NCBI GenBank assembly: GCA_963725665.1
Contig: CAVRZA010000006.1
Coordinates: forward strand, 384,001-448,000
From: an uncultured Actinomycetes bacterium
Lineage (GTDB): Bacteria > Actinomycetota > Thermoleophilia > UBA2241
Length of the DNA stretch: 64,000 nt
Reading direction: 5' to 3'
The notes beneath the pieces are model-generated. The model was not told the origin of the DNA, did not search any database, and was given only the letters and a program-made list of their open reading frames with translations. Positions 42,611 to 55,161 of this stretch are shown here, piece by piece (positions within the stretch are counted from its first letter, which is position 1; each line of letters opens with the position of its first letter). Position numbers and translations under genes: made by a program.

Positions 42611-43437
42611 TAGCACACCGCCTCGACGACCATGTGCAGGTCGATCCACGGCGCGTGCGTGGTCAGCGCGCCGACACTGATGATGTCGGCGCCGGCGTCG
42701 GCCAGCGCGCGCACGTTCTCGAGCCGTACCCCGCCGGAGACCTCGACCACGGCGCGGCCGGCGACCCGGGCGACCGCCGCGCGCACGGTCTCAAGGTCCA
42801 TGTTGTCGAGCAGCACGGCGGGGACCCCGCACGAGAGCGCCTCGTCGAGCTGCTGGAGCGTGTCGACCTCGACGATCAGCCCGTGGGCGTGCGCGAGGCC
42901 GGCGCGCACCCGCGCGACGGCCTCGCGCACGCCCCCGGCCGCCGCGACGTGGTTGTCCTTGATCATGGCCGCGTCGAAGAGCCCGAAGCGGTGCGGTGCC
43001 GCGCCCCCATGCGCCATGGCGGCGCGCTCGAGGGCGCGCAGGCCCGGCGTCGTCTTGCGCGTGCCGGCGATGCGCGCGCCCGTGCCTTCGGTCTCGGCGA
43101 CGAAGCGCGCCGTCTGCGCGGCCACGCCCGAGAGGCGGGCGAGGAAGTTGAGCCCGGTGCGCTCGAGGGCCAGGATGCTCGCGGACCGGCCCTGGAGCGC
43201 ACAGAGCGTGGCGCCGGGGGCGAAGCGCCCGCCGTCGCGCACCACGAACGTGACCGCGAGCTCGGGGTCCACGAGGCGGGCCGCGGCGGCGAACGGCTCG
43301 CTGCCGCTGAGAACGCCTTCTTCGCGCGCCTCGACGCGGGCCCTGCCGGGCCCGTCGAAGGCGCCCCCCGTGAGGTCACCGTAGCCGGCGAGGTCCTCCG
43401 CGAGTGCGCGCTCGGCGGCCAGCCGCGCGTCGTCCAC
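42610..43437 (-). CDS. nadC: Quinolinate phosphoribosyltransferase
   Basis: EDL..GDLT, TRKTTPG, HRFGL, IKDNH, LLDNM, SGG, SVGALT. Confidence 0.96.
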   Translation of the reverse strand: MDDARLAAERALAEDLAGYGDLTGGAFDGPGRARVEAREEGVLSGSEPFAAAARLVDPELAVTFVVRDGGRFAPGATLCALQGRSASILALERTGLNFLARLSGVAAQTARFVAETEGTGARIAGTRKTTPGLRALERAAMAHGGAAPHRFGLFDAAMIKDNHVAAAGGVREAVARVRAGLAHAHGLIVEVDTLQQLDEALSCGVPAVLLDNMDLETVRAAVARVAGRAVVEVSGGVRLENVRALADAGADIISVGALTTHAPWIDLHMVVEAVC

Positions 43438-43476
43438 CTAGTGCTCCCTCGGATCCGCCGCCCACGCGCAGCCCAC

Positions 43477-45141
43477 CTAGCGGTCCCCCGTGTCGTTCTG
43501 CCCTAGCGCCTCATCGACCGTGCGCGCGTCCCGCGGGCGGAACTCGGGCAGGCGGAGGTTGACGTGACGCCTCCAGTTCCAGTCGTCCCGCTCCGGGAAG
43601 TCGTCGCGCAGGTGCACGCCGCGCGTCTCCTGCCGCAGCAGCGCGGTCTCGGCTATCTGGGTGGCGAGCGTCATCAGGTTGAGGAGCTCGAACTCGGCCA
43701 CCCCCGCGTCCGACAGCCGGAGGTCGGAGTACAGCCCGCGCAGCTCCGTGAGGGCGTCCATGAGACCCTCCTCGTTGCGCACAACGCCGACCTTCGTCGA
43801 CATCACAGCGTTCAGGCGCGCCCGCACCTCCGCCACGTTGCTCGCGTCGCCACGACGAGGCGCCGCCTGGGGGAGCTCGAAGCGCAGGCGGCGCACGTCT
43901 TCTCCCAGCCGGCCGATGTAGCGGTCGAGGTCGCGCACGACGCGATCCGAGAAGACCAGCCCCTCGAGGAGCGAGTTCGAGGCCAGACGGTTGGCGCCGT
44001 GCACCCCGTTGTTGGCAACCTCACCGCTGGCATACAGACCGGGGATCGTCGTGCGCCCCCAGACGTCGGTCGCGACGCCGCCGATGAAGTAGTGCGCCAC
44101 GGGCGTCACGGGGATGCGGTCACGCGCCAGGTGAAGGCCGTGCTCGGCGAGACCCGAGCTGACCTTGGGGAATCGCTCGACGAGCATCGCCGGATCGAGG
44201 TGCGTCGCGTCGAGGAGCACGTGCCCGGAGCCCGAGCTGCGCATCTCCTCCACCATGGCGCGCACGACCACGTCGCGCGCCGCCAGCTCGGCCTTGGGGT
44301 CGCGCCGCAGCATGAACCGCTCCCCAGCCGTGTTGCGCAGGTAGGCCCCCTCACCGCGCAGGGCCTCGGTGATGAGCAGCGCCGGAGAGCCGCCGACGGC
44401 GAGACCCGTCGGGTGGAACTGCACAAACTCCAGGTCTCGCAGCACGGCGCCAGCCCGGTAGGCCATGGCCATGCCGTCCCCGGTGGCCACTGTCGGGTTG
44501 GTGGTGCGCGCGTAGACCTGCCCGGCACCGCCCGCGGCCAGCACCGTCACCATCGCCAGATTGAGCGTCATCTCGCCATCGGCAAGATCCATGGAGAGGG
44601 CGCCCACGCAGCGTCCGTCGACGGTGAGCAGGTCGACCACGAACTCGTTCTCGTAGAGCTCCACGCGGCTGCCCATCTGGGCCGCCTCGCTGAGGGCGCT
44701 GGCCACGACTCGTCCTGTGGCGTCGCCGCCGGCGTGCACGATGCGCGACACCGAGTGCGCTCCCTCACGCCCGAGGACGATCTCGCCGTCCTTGCGGTCG
44801 AAGCGCGGGCAGATCTCCATCAGCTCGCGCACGCGGTCGGGGCCCTCGTTGACCAGCACGCGCACGGCTTCTTCGTCGCAGAGGCCGGCACCGGCGTTGA
44901 CCGTGTCCTGGAAGTGCAGCTCGGGCGAGTCGGCCGGTCCCAGAGCCGCGGCGATGCCACCCTGGGCCAGGAAGGTGGTGGTGTCGTCGAGCGTCGACTT
45001 GGTCAGCAGGCCGACGTGCCAGCGCCGGGCGGCGGCGATGGCGGCCGCCAGGCCGGCTATGCCGCCGCCCAGGACGAGCACGTCGAACTGCCGGCGCGCA
45101 AGCGGCTGCTCGGTGACGCTGGCGAGATAGGGGCGAGGCAT
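43477..45141 (-). CDS. nadB: L-aspartate oxidase
   Basis: GGGIAG, AQGGIAA, EGAHS, QFHPT, TEALRGEG, HGANRLASNSLLE; lies between nadA and nadC. Confidence 0.95.
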   Translation of the reverse strand: MPRPYLASVTEQPLARRQFDVLVLGGGIAGLAAAIAAARRWHVGLLTKSTLDDTTTFLAQGGIAAALGPADSPELHFQDTVNAGAGLCDEEAVRVLVNEGPDRVRELMEICPRFDRKDGEIVLGREGAHSVSRIVHAGGDATGRVVASALSEAAQMGSRVELYENEFVVDLLTVDGRCVGALSMDLADGEMTLNLAMVTVLAAGGAGQVYARTTNPTVATGDGMAMAYRAGAVLRDLEFVQFHPTGLAVGGSPALLITEALRGEGAYLRNTAGERFMLRRDPKAELAARDVVVRAMVEEMRSSGSGHVLLDATHLDPAMLVERFPKVSSGLAEHGLHLARDRIPVTPVAHYFIGGVATDVWGRTTIPGLYASGEVANNGVHGANRLASNSLLEGLVFSDRVVRDLDRYIGRLGEDVRRLRFELPQAAPRRGDASNVAEVRARLNAVMSTKVGVVRNEEGLMDALTELRGLYSDLRLSDAGVAEFELLNLMTLATQIAETALLRQETRGVHLRDDFPERDDWNWRRHVNLRLPEFRPRDARTVDEALGQNDTGDR

Positions 45142-45145
45142 GACC

Positions 45146-46066
45146 CTACCGGACCTCCACCATGCGCTCGACGGCGAGCAGGGCCCGCTCGCGGATCCGC
45201 GCCGGCACGGTGATCTCGTTCACGCCCTCGTCCAGCGCCGCGATCGCCTTGTCAAGCGTGGTGAGCTTCATGTTCGGGCAGTAGGCGCGTCGCGAGGCCA
45301 CGACGAAGGTGCGCTCCGGATAGAGCTTCTTCATGCGGTCCACGAGGCCGATCTCGGTGGCGACGATGAAGCTCCGCGCCGGGTCGGTCTCGGGACGGCG
45401 CAGCATCCCCGACGTGCTGGCCACCACGTCGGCGAGCTCGAGCACCTCGTGAGGGCACTCCGGATGAGCCATGACCACGGCGTCGGGGTGCTGCTTCCGG
45501 GCCGCGACGATGTCCTCGGGGTGGATGTCGTTGTGCACGTGGCAGTAACCGTCCCAGATGACCATGTGCTCGTGCCCGCTCTGGCGTCGGACGTAGTCGC
45601 CCAGGTTCTTGTCGGGCACGAAGATGAGCTCCCGGTCGCGCGCGAAGCGGGAGACGACCTCGACGCAGTTGGACGAGGTGCAGCACACGTCAGTCTCCGC
45701 CTTCACGGCCGCCGAGGTGTTGACGTAGGCGACCACGGGAGCGCCCGGGTGCTGCTCCTTCAGAGCCCGTAGGCCCTCGGCGGTGACCATGTCGGCCATG
45801 GGACAGCCGGCTCGGGGGTCGGGCATCAGGACCGTCTTCTGCGGCGCCAGGATGTGCGCCGTCTCGGCCATGAAGTGCACCCCGCAGAAGAGGATGACCG
45901 AGGCGTCCGTGGCGGCCGCCCGGCGCGCCAGCTCGAGCGAGTCGCCGACGAAGTCGGCGGCCTCCTGGACCTCGAGTCGCTGGTAGTTGTGCGCGAGGAT
46001 GACCGCATCGCGCTCCGCCGCCAGCCGCCTCAGCTCCGCCTGCTCTTCGAAGAACCGGTCTGCCAC
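45146..46066 (-). CDS. nadA: Quinolinate synthase
   Basis: LAHNYQ, CGVHFMAE, GCPMA, YVNT, HPEC, CPNMK. Confidence 0.96.
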   Translation of the reverse strand: MADRFFEEQAELRRLAAERDAVILAHNYQRLEVQEAADFVGDSLELARRAAATDASVILFCGVHFMAETAHILAPQKTVLMPDPRAGCPMADMVTAEGLRALKEQHPGAPVVAYVNTSAAVKAETDVCCTSSNCVEVVSRFARDRELIFVPDKNLGDYVRRQSGHEHMVIWDGYCHVHNDIHPEDIVAARKQHPDAVVMAHPECPHEVLELADVVASTSGMLRRPETDPARSFIVATEIGLVDRMKKLYPERTFVVASRRAYCPNMKLTTLDKAIAALDEGVNEITVPARIRERALLAVERMVEVR

Positions 46067-46077
46067 CTTCGCTCCTT

Positions 46078-46629
46078 CTAGCCCTCGCGGTAGGGCTCCA
46101 CCGACTGCTCGCGTCGCAGCTCCGCCGCCAGCGCGGGAACGTCCACGGTAGTCACGTCGCGGGCCAGGGTCCAGAGATCGGCCAGCGGCACAAGCACGAA
46201 CGCCCGGCGCCACAGGCGCGGGTGGGGCAACGTGAGCCGGGGGTCGTCGCTCTCGACGCCCTCGACCATCAGTATATCGATATCGAGCGTGCGCGGGCCG
46301 AAGCGAACCTCACGCACGCGTCCGGCCTGCTGCTCGACGGCCTGGCAGTGGCGCAGGAGCTCCGGCGGCTCGAGGCCGGTCTCCACGCAGACGACCTGGT
46401 TCAGAAAGGCCGGTTGGTCCTCCAGGTCCTGGGGAGCCGTCTCGTAGACGAGCGAAGCGGCGAGCAGTCGCGTGACGGGGAGCGCGGCGAGCGCCTCGCG
46501 CGCAGCGCGCAGGCTCGCCGCCCGGTCGCCGAGGTTGGCGCCGAGAGAAAGGAAGGCCCTCCTGACCGTGCCGTCGCGGCGGACCTCCAGCGAGCGCTGG
46601 GACTGCTGCTCTGTGCGCGTGTCGTCCAT
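46078..46629 (-). CDS. folK: Hydroxymethyldihydropterin pyrophosphokinase
   Basis: LSLGANLGD, FLN, GPRTLDIDIL, LPHPR. Confidence 0.95.
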   Translation of the reverse strand: MDDTRTEQQSQRSLEVRRDGTVRRAFLSLGANLGDRAASLRAAREALAALPVTRLLAASLVYETAPQDLEDQPAFLNQVVCVETGLEPPELLRHCQAVEQQAGRVREVRFGPRTLDIDILMVEGVESDDPRLTLPHPRLWRRAFVLVPLADLWTLARDVTTVDVPALAAELRREQSVEPYREG

Positions 46630-46680
46630 GGCCCTCTAGCATCCGTCGTCGCGGTCCGCCCGTCCAGACGGAGAGTGAGC

Positions 46681-47046
46681 CTACGCCCGGCGCACGACCT
46701 CGGCCCACGCGGCTGCGACCGGGATGCTTACCGGTGGCGAAGGCTTGCGCACGCGCACGCTGACCTCCGAGAGGTGGTGCGCCGCGAAGAGCTCCTCAGC
46801 GATCACCGTCGCGAGCCGCTCGATGAGGTTGTACTCGCGCCCCTCCACGGCCGCCCTCACCGTTTCCGTCACGGTCGAGTAGTTGACCGTGTCGGCGAGG
46901 TCGTCGGTCTCGAGACCGGGATCGTCGCGGGGGACTAGACGCACGTCGACGACGATGCGCTGCCCGACGGCCCTCTCCTCGGGTGTGACCCCGCAGTGCC
47001 CGCGCAGCTCCACGCCGTCGAGTCCTATCGTCACATGGCGGGCCAC
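46681..47046 (-). CDS. folB: Dihydroneopterin aldolase
   Basis: GHCGV..EE..GQ, DDLADTVNY, LIE.LA, VRKP. Confidence 0.94.
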   Translation of the reverse strand: MARHVTIGLDGVELRGHCGVTPEERAVGQRIVVDVRLVPRDDPGLETDDLADTVNYSTVTETVRAAVEGREYNLIERLATVIAEELFAAHHLSEVSVRVRKPSPPVSIPVAAAWAEVVRRA

Positions 47047-47094
47047 AGCCTCCTCCTTGAGCTCGGCAACCTCACGACACGCCGCTGCCGGCCA

Positions 47095-47997
47095 CTAGGC
47101 CGGCGCCTCCTGCGTCCATCCGGCCTCGACGATGGCCCCGGTCACCCGCAAAGCCTCCACGGTGGGGCGCACGTCGTGGACTCGGAACACGGCCACGCCC
47201 TGCGTGAGCCCCCAGACGGTCGTCGCCACCGTGCCGGTCACCCGTTCGCCGATCGGCGCTCCGTCGAGCAGCGCGCCGAGGAAACGCTTGCGCGAGGTCC
47301 CCAGCACGAGCGGCCGTCCGATGCCCGCCAGAAGGTCGAGGTGACGGAGCAGCAGGAGGTTGTGCTCGAGCGTCTTGCCGAAGCCGATCCCGGGGTCGAG
47401 CAGGACCTGCTCCTCACGCACACCGGCGCCGACGGCGAAGACGAGACGCTCCTCGAGGAACGCGCATACGTCGTCGACGACATCGTCGTAGCGGGGGTCC
47501 TCCTGCATCGTGCGCGGCTCGCCCAGCATGTGCATGAGGACGACCGGGCAGCCCGCCTCGGCCACGACCTCCACGAGGCCGGCGTCGGCGCGCAGCGCGC
47601 TCACGTCGTTGACGAGCGCGGCGCCCGCCGCGAGCGCGCGACGCGCGACCTCGGCCTTGAAGGTGTCGATGGAGACGACGGGGGCGTGGGCGGGGCCCGA
47701 CGACGTCGGGGCCCCGCCCACGCCCGATGCCGAGGCGAACAGCTCGTGCAGCGCCTCGACGACGGGGACGACGCGACGCAGCTCCTCGTCAAGCGCCAGT
47801 GGCGACGCGCCGGGACGTGTCGATTCGCCGCCGACGTCGACGATGGCCGCCCCTTCGCGCACCAGGCACCGAGCGTGGTCGACGGCGGCGCTCGCCTCAT
47901 AGAAGAGGCCGCCGTCGGAGAACGAGTCGGGGGTGACGTTGACGATCCCCATGACGCACGGCAGCGGCACGGGCAGGTTCGTCGCGGGGAACCTCAC
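47095..47997 (-). CDS. folP: Dihydropteroate synthase
   Basis: GIVNVTPDSFSDGG, GGESTRPG, DPGIGFGK, SRKRF, RVHDV. Confidence 0.96.
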   Translation of the reverse strand: MRFPATNLPVPLPCVMGIVNVTPDSFSDGGLFYEASAAVDHARCLVREGAAIVDVGGESTRPGASPLALDEELRRVVPVVEALHELFASASGVGGAPTSSGPAHAPVVSIDTFKAEVARRALAAGAALVNDVSALRADAGLVEVVAEAGCPVVLMHMLGEPRTMQEDPRYDDVVDDVCAFLEERLVFAVGAGVREEQVLLDPGIGFGKTLEHNLLLLRHLDLLAGIGRPLVLGTSRKRFLGALLDGAPIGERVTGTVATTVWGLTQGVAVFRVHDVRPTVEALRVTGAIVEAGWTQEAPA

Positions 47998-48010
47998 CGG
48001 CCCCTCCAGG

Positions 48011-48577
48011 CTAACGCTCGGCGTTGATAAGTGAGAGCACCTCGGCGCGCGTCGCCGGGTTCGACTGGATGAGCCCGCGCACGGCGCTCGTGACCGTTCT
48101 CGACCCCGGACTGCGCACGCCGCGCATCGTCATGCAGAGGTGCTCAGCCTCGATCAGCACCAGGGCGCCGAGCGGCTCGAGGGACTCCTCGAGGGCGTCG
48201 GCCACCTGCGACGTAATGCGCTCCTGAAGCTGCGGGCGCGCCGCCACGGTGCGTACCAGCCGGGCCAGCTTGGAGAGGCCAGTGATGCGGCCCGCCGCGC
48301 TGGGGATGTAGGCGACGTGGGCTTTGCCGATGAAGGGCAGCAGGTGGTGCTCGCAGACCGAGTAGAAGGCGATGTCCTTGATGAGCACCACCTCGCGGTG
48401 GTGGTCGCCGGGCATCGAGACGAGGAGCTCTCGTGGGTCGGCGGTGAGGCCGAAGAAGATCTCCTCGTACATGTCGGCGACCCGCCGGGGCGTGTCGATG
48501 AGCCCGGGGCGCGCTCGATCCTCGCCGATGCCATCGAGGATGAGGCGTACCCCCTCCTCGATCTTCGCCTTGTCCAC
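48011..48577 (-). CDS. folE: GTP cyclohydrolase I
   Basis: [34 protein letters not shown]. Confidence 0.97.
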   Translation of the reverse strand: MDKAKIEEGVRLILDGIGEDRARPGLIDTPRRVADMYEEIFFGLTADPRELLVSMPGDHHREVVLIKDIAFYSVCEHHLLPFIGKAHVAYIPSAAGRITGLSKLARLVRTVAARPQLQERITSQVADALEESLEPLGALVLIEAEHLCMTMRGVRSPGSRTVTSAVRGLIQSNPATRAEVLSLINAER

Positions 48578-48605
48578 GGATGCGCCCGGAAGGCCTGCGA
48601 AGACC

Positions 48606-50550
<1,945 letters not shown>

Positions 50551-50814
50551 TTGCTTCTCTCCTCGCGTGCCGCCCGCGACAGCCTCGCGTCGGTCGCGGC
50601 TAGACTCGACAGTAGCATACCCCCCGGGGAGTCTCAAAGAACCGCGCGTGGCCGCCGGGGGATACGGTGCGCCGCATATACGTACGACGAACCGACGATG
50701 AAGCCTGCCTGGCCGGGTCGCGACCGACAAGCGGCGTCGCCCGCCGAACCGGTCGCTCGGCCGGTCGCAGACGCGGCCTCAAGCCTCTGCCCGTCCGACC
50801 GTGGCGGGTCGTCG

Positions 50815-51381
50815 TCAGAGCAGGGTGTCCTCGGCCTCCGCGAGCTGCGCGATCGCCTCTTCGCGCAGGGATGCCACGTAGTCGAGCGTGCGGTAGCGCT
50901 CGGCGAAATCGAGCCCGTAGCCGACCACGAACAGGTTGGGGATCTCGAAGCCGACGTAGCGGCAGCCGATGTCCACCCGCCGTCGTGACGGCTTGGTGAG
51001 CAGGGCACAAACCTCAAGCGATGCCGGGCGGCGCGAGCGCAGGTTCTTCATCAGGTAGCTGAGGGTGAGGCCCGAGTCGATGATGTCCTCAACGATGATC
51101 ACGTGGCGTCCCTCGATCGTCGTGTCGAGGTCCTTGAGGATGCGCACCACGCCCGAGGAGTCGGTCGAGGAGCCGTAGCTCGAGACGGCCATGAAGTCGA
51201 GCGCCACCGGCACCGCGATGTGCCTCGCCAGGTCGGCCATGAAGAAGACGGCGCCCTTGAGCACGCCGACGAGCAGGAGCTCCTTGCCGACGTAGTCGGC
51301 GGAGATGCGGGCGCCGAGCTCGGCGACCTTGGCCTGCAGCTCCTCCCTGCTCACAAGAACGCTGCCGATCGCCTCGTCCAC
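50815..51381 (-). CDS. hpt: Hypoxanthine phosphoribosyltransferase
   Basis: [29 protein letters not shown]. Confidence 0.96.
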   Translation of the reverse strand: MDEAIGSVLVSREELQAKVAELGARISADYVGKELLLVGVLKGAVFFMADLARHIAVPVALDFMAVSSYGSSTDSSGVVRILKDLDTTIEGRHVIIVEDIIDSGLTLSYLMKNLRSRRPASLEVCALLTKPSRRRVDIGCRYVGFEIPNLFVVGYGLDFAERYRTLDYVASLREEAIAQLAEAEDTLL

Positions 51382-51499
51382 GCCAAAAGCCTCCCTGCTG
51401 TGCCCCGCCGCTCGCGCGGAGCTGGTCACGCTCGGCCCGCCCCGACGAAGTAACGGGCGGGCGCCTCTTCCGCAGTCGGTCTGGTCTCGCCGTCGCCGG

Positions 51500-52916
51500 T
51501 CAGCCGCCCGCCGTGTCCTCCGTCAGACGGAGCACGAGACGGGTCTGCGGGCCGACCCGGAACTCCTCCGCGATCCTGCCAGTCGCGCCGACGGAGGGCG
51601 ACACCCAGGCGAGCGCGCCGTCGATCTCGACGACGACGGCGCGCTCGCGGAAGCCCGCCGGGACCTTGGCCGCGGCAAGGAACCGCGAAAGCGACACTCT
51701 AGCACTCATGCCGAACGGCTGGAACGCGTCGCCGCGCCGCGGGTGCCGCAGCAGAAGCGATTCGACAGGAGACGGTGAGCGTGAAGAGAGCCTCGCCGCC
51801 GCTCGCGGCCACGGCCGCGACGGGCGGCGCCTCTGCCATCAGCCTCGCACTGAAGCGCCGCTCGCAGAAGGTGGCCGCCGACCCGACGCGCAGGAGCACG
51901 GGCTCGCAGACGTGGGGCAGGCGCCGTCGCGCCACGCGCAGGCGCCCGTACTCGCGCACCGCCTCGTACCCCCCCGGCAAGCTCAGCTTGCGCGAGCCAG
52001 TGGTCGCCTTGACGAGGTCGCCGAGGGCGACGAGAAGGCGACGCTCGACGAGCGCCTCCTCGCCGTAGATGCCCTGCAGCAGGCGGCGCAGGCACAGCGC
52101 GCGCAGGGCGGGCGGCTCTTGGGCGAGGGCGGCGACGTCGAGGACGTCGCCGCCCTCGCCCACGGCCACCCGCCCCCACGCCTCGTCGAGCGCCGCCCGC
52201 AGCACGACCCGCTCCGCGGCGGCGACATCGGCGCCCTCGGCGAGCGTGTCGACGACGGAGGGGTTGATGCGCGCCAGCACGGGAAGCACCTCGTGGCGCA
52301 GCAGGTTGCGCGCGTAGACCGTGGTCGCGTTGCTGACGTCGTCACCGTAGACGATGCCCCCCCTCGCGCAGTACTGCCTGATCTCGGCCGCCGTGAGGCA
52401 GAGGAGCGGCCGCGCGAGGTCCCCCTCGCGCGGCCGCATGCCAACGAGCGAACTGGGCGCCGCGTACTTCGTCAACCGGTAGAGGACCGTCTCGGCCTGG
52501 TCGTCGCGGTTGTGCGCGGTGACGATCGCGACGAACCCCTCGCGCATGCACACGTCGCGCGCCGCGCGATAGCGGAGCTCCCGCGCGCGGCGCTGGAAAT
52601 CGGGGCCCGCCAGCTTGCGCTCCAGACGCACGACGTCGAGCGGCACGCGCGCGACCTCACAGGCCTCTTCCACGATGCGCCGGTCGCGCTCCGAGTCCTC
52701 GCCACGCGTCGCGTAGTCGACGTGCAGCGCCCGCAGACGGAGTCCCAGCCCGAGACGCCGCGACACGCCGGGGAGGAGCGCGAGGAGCGCCATGGAGTCG
52801 GCTCCCCCAGAGAGCAGCAGCAGCGCCTTCTCGCCGGGTCGCAAGAGCCCCGCCTCGCTGACGAAGGCGGCGACGCGGCGTTCGATAGAGGTCGGCGACG
52901 TCGACGGACGAGTCAC
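51500..52916 (-). CDS. tilS: tRNA(Ile)-lysidine synthase TilS, +1 frameshift near 51770
   Basis: [24 protein letters not shown]; C-terminal domain [13 protein letters not shown]...KVPAGFR lies in the next frame. Confidence 0.93.
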
Positions 52917-53030
52917 TGGCGGGTCACCGTTCGCGTCGTGTCGAGATCCTGTGCGGACTCGACACCCGAGACCGGAAGGCGGGCTTCCCCGAGCAGTATA
53001 CGCCGCCCCGGGTCGCTCTGAGGTCCGGGC

Positions 53031-53378
53031 TTAGAACGACACCACCCGGTCGGCCGCGCGCACGAGGTCGGCGAGCTCGGTGATCGTGCCGATCCTGACT
53101 CCGTCGATGAGCTCGTCCTCAGCCACGCCACGTGCCTTGCAGCAAGTCCCGCACAAGGTCACGGTCACCGACCGCTCGAGCACCCCTTGCACCATCGCCT
53201 CGACCGAGGCGTGGGCCGTCAGCGGCTCCTGCCCGGCGCGCCCCGTGTGCACGCCGTCGCCCATGAAGAAGAGGTCGACCTCCTCGCCCTGCAGTGCCAA
53301 TGCCTGCACCAGGCGCAGCGCGTTGTAGGGACCCTCGGTCCCGTACGGGGCCGTGTTCACAAGCACGACCGTTGCCAT
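53031..53378 (-). CDS. DsrE family protein
   Basis: APYG.E..YNALRL, FFMGDGV, CGTC..ARG. Confidence 0.88.
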   Translation of the reverse strand: MATVVLVNTAPYGTEGPYNALRLVQALALQGEEVDLFFMGDGVHTGRAGQEPLTAHASVEAMVQGVLERSVTVTLCGTCCKARGVAEDELIDGVRIGTITELADLVRAADRVVSF

Positions 53379-53423
53379 GCCTCCTCCGACTGTAGGTCGA
53401 CTGCTGTCCGCGAGAGTCGCGCC

Positions 53424-54194
53424 CTAGGAGGTCGCCGCCTCCACCTGCGCCTGCTCCGCCGTCTCGCCGGCCTCGCCCGCCGGACGCTCGAAGAGGACCC
53501 GATACACGAGACCACCGACCACGCCGCCGACGATCGGGAAGACGATGAAGACCCAGAGCTGCGAGAGCGCCCAGCCCCCGACGAAGAGCGCCGGCGCCAG
53601 GCTGCGCGCCGGGTTGACGCTGGTGTTGTCGACGGGGATGGAGATCAGGTGGATGAGCGTCAGCGTGAGGCCGATGGCGAGAGGAGCCAGCGCCGCGGGG
53701 GCGCGCTTGTCGGTGGCGCCGTGGATGACGAACAGAAAGAAGAGCGTGAGCACGATCTCGGCGAGGATGACCGCCGCCAGCGAGTAGCCGCCCGGCGAGT
53801 GGGCGCCGTAGCCGTTGGAGCCGAAGCCGTCCGCCAGGCTGAAGCCCTTGGCCCCCGAGGCGATGCCATAGAGGACGGCGGCGGCGGCGATGGCGCCGGC
53901 CACTTGCGCCACGATGTAGCCGAGTAGCTCGCGAGCTGGGAAGCGTCCGCCCGCCCAGAGGCCGATGGAGACGGCCGGGTTGAGGTGGGCCCCGGAGATG
54001 GGGCCGACGGCGTAGGCCATGGTGACGACCGTGAGGCCGAAGGCGAGCGCCACGCCCATGAAGCCGATGCCGATGTTCCCGAGTGTCGCGCTGCCGAGGA
54101 ACTTGGCGGCAAGGACGGCGCTGCCGACGCCGCCGAAGACGAGCCAGAAGGTGCCGAAGAACTCAGCTGCTGCGCGTTTGCCCAATGACGACAT
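53424..54194 (-). CDS. aqpZ: Aquaporin Z
   Basis: [41 protein letters not shown]. Confidence 0.95.
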   Translation of the reverse strand: MSSLGKRAAAEFFGTFWLVFGGVGSAVLAAKFLGSATLGNIGIGFMGVALAFGLTVVTMAYAVGPISGAHLNPAVSIGLWAGGRFPARELLGYIVAQVAGAIAAAAVLYGIASGAKGFSLADGFGSNGYGAHSPGGYSLAAVILAEIVLTLFFLFVIHGATDKRAPAALAPLAIGLTLTLIHLISIPVDNTSVNPARSLAPALFVGGWALSQLWVFIVFPIVGGVVGGLVYRVLFERPAGEAGETAEQAQVEAATS

Positions 54195-54282
54195 GGTGAA
54201 CCCCCAAAGGAAAGGATGGTGATCAGCCTCCAGTACTACCCGGGCACCGATGAAAGTATTCAACGGACGTACGAAAAACAAG

Positions 54283-54361
54283 AAGGGCGCCCGAACGGGC
54301 GCCCCGGAAGGCTTTGGTAGCGGGGGCAGGATTCGAACCTGCGACCTTCGGGTTATGAGCC
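54283..54361 (-). repeat. att-like 79-bp exact duplicate of the tRNA-fMet 3' half plus downstream hairpin
   Basis: 54283-54361 is identical to 55669-55747 and ends in the anticodon stem. Confidence 0.92.
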
Positions 54362-54567
54362 GCCCCGGGGCAGCAACCGGGAGTGAGAGCGCAGCAGAGC
54401 TGGTCGCGACGATGCTGGACGCGGCTTGAGGCAGAGGCGGGCGGGCGACAGCACCCGCAAACAGCCCACAGGAGCCATCGAAGAGGCCCGCTGCCCTCAC
54501 GGGTGGCGGGCCTCCTGGCGCCCGGTCTTGACCACCGCTTACGTGCGGCGGCCGTCTCTGTTCTTGT

Positions 54568-55161
54568 TCACGCAGCGCTGCACAGCGGGTCTTCGGGATG
54601 CTGCGCGCAGTAGCTCGCCGACACGTGCTCGCCGGGCTGCCGGCGGCGGCGAGCCAGTGCCCACGCGGCGATGACGATGATGAGCGCGGCCGCGGCCGAG
54701 CCGGCAACGATCCAGGTGGTCGTTGAAGAGATGCCGGACGAGGCAGAACCCTGCGCGGTCGCCACGCGGGGCGCGGACGACCCGGCGTTGGAGTAGTAGG
54801 AGCCCCAGGCCCACCCGGGCAGCTGCGCGGCCGCCACGCGGGGCGCGGACGACCCGGCGTTGGAGTAGTAGGAGCCCCAGGCCCACCCGGGCAGCTGCGC
54901 GGCCGCCACGCGGGGCGCGGACGACCCGGCGTTGGAGTAGTAGGAGCCCCAGGCCCACCCGGGCAGCTGCGCGGCCGCCACGCGGGGCGCGGACGACCCG
55001 GCGTTGGAGTAGGAGAAGCCCCAGGCCCACCCGGGCTCGCCGCGAGGCGAACTCGTCGGTGGCGCAGCCTGCGCGGCCTGGACGGCCAGCGCGACGACGA
55101 GCAGCGACAACAGGAGCAGGCCCGCAAGACGCACGAGCCGTGTCTGTGGTGAAGTGTTCAT
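54568..55161 (-). CDS. Hypothetical exported/membrane-anchored repeat protein (197 aa)
   Basis: RBS GAGG, signal peptide ending AQA, four 24-aa repeats, TM helix followed by [15 protein letters not shown] tail. Confidence 0.75.
   Translation of the reverse strand: MNTSPQTRLVRLAGLLLLSLLVVALAVQAAQAAPPTSSPRGEPGWAWGFSYSNAGSSAPRVAAAQLPGWAWGSYYSNAGSSAPRVAAAQLPGWAWGSYYSNAGSSAPRVAAAQLPGWAWGSYYSNAGSSAPRVATAQGSASSGISSTTTWIVAGSAAAALIIVIAAWALARRRRQPGEHVSASYCAQHPEDPLCSAA
54761..55036. repeat. Tandem repeat, 72-bp unit, about 3.8 copies (coding)
   Basis: CCCGGCGTTGGAGTAG recurs at 54781, 54853, 54925 and 54997. Confidence 0.95.

Noticed and set aside
54283-54361. Second tRNA-Met gene
   Set aside because: The 5' acceptor strand and D-arm are missing; it is only a 3' fragment.
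54761-55036. 72-bp repeats as a CRISPR array
   Set aside because: The units are contiguous and near-identical with no unique spacers, the period is a multiple of 3 inside an ORF, and there are no cas genes.
53424-55127. 567-aa ORF fusing the repeat region to aquaporin
   Set aside because: Stop-free GC-rich alternative frame that reads through the tRNA fragment; AqpZ homology starts at ATG 54194.
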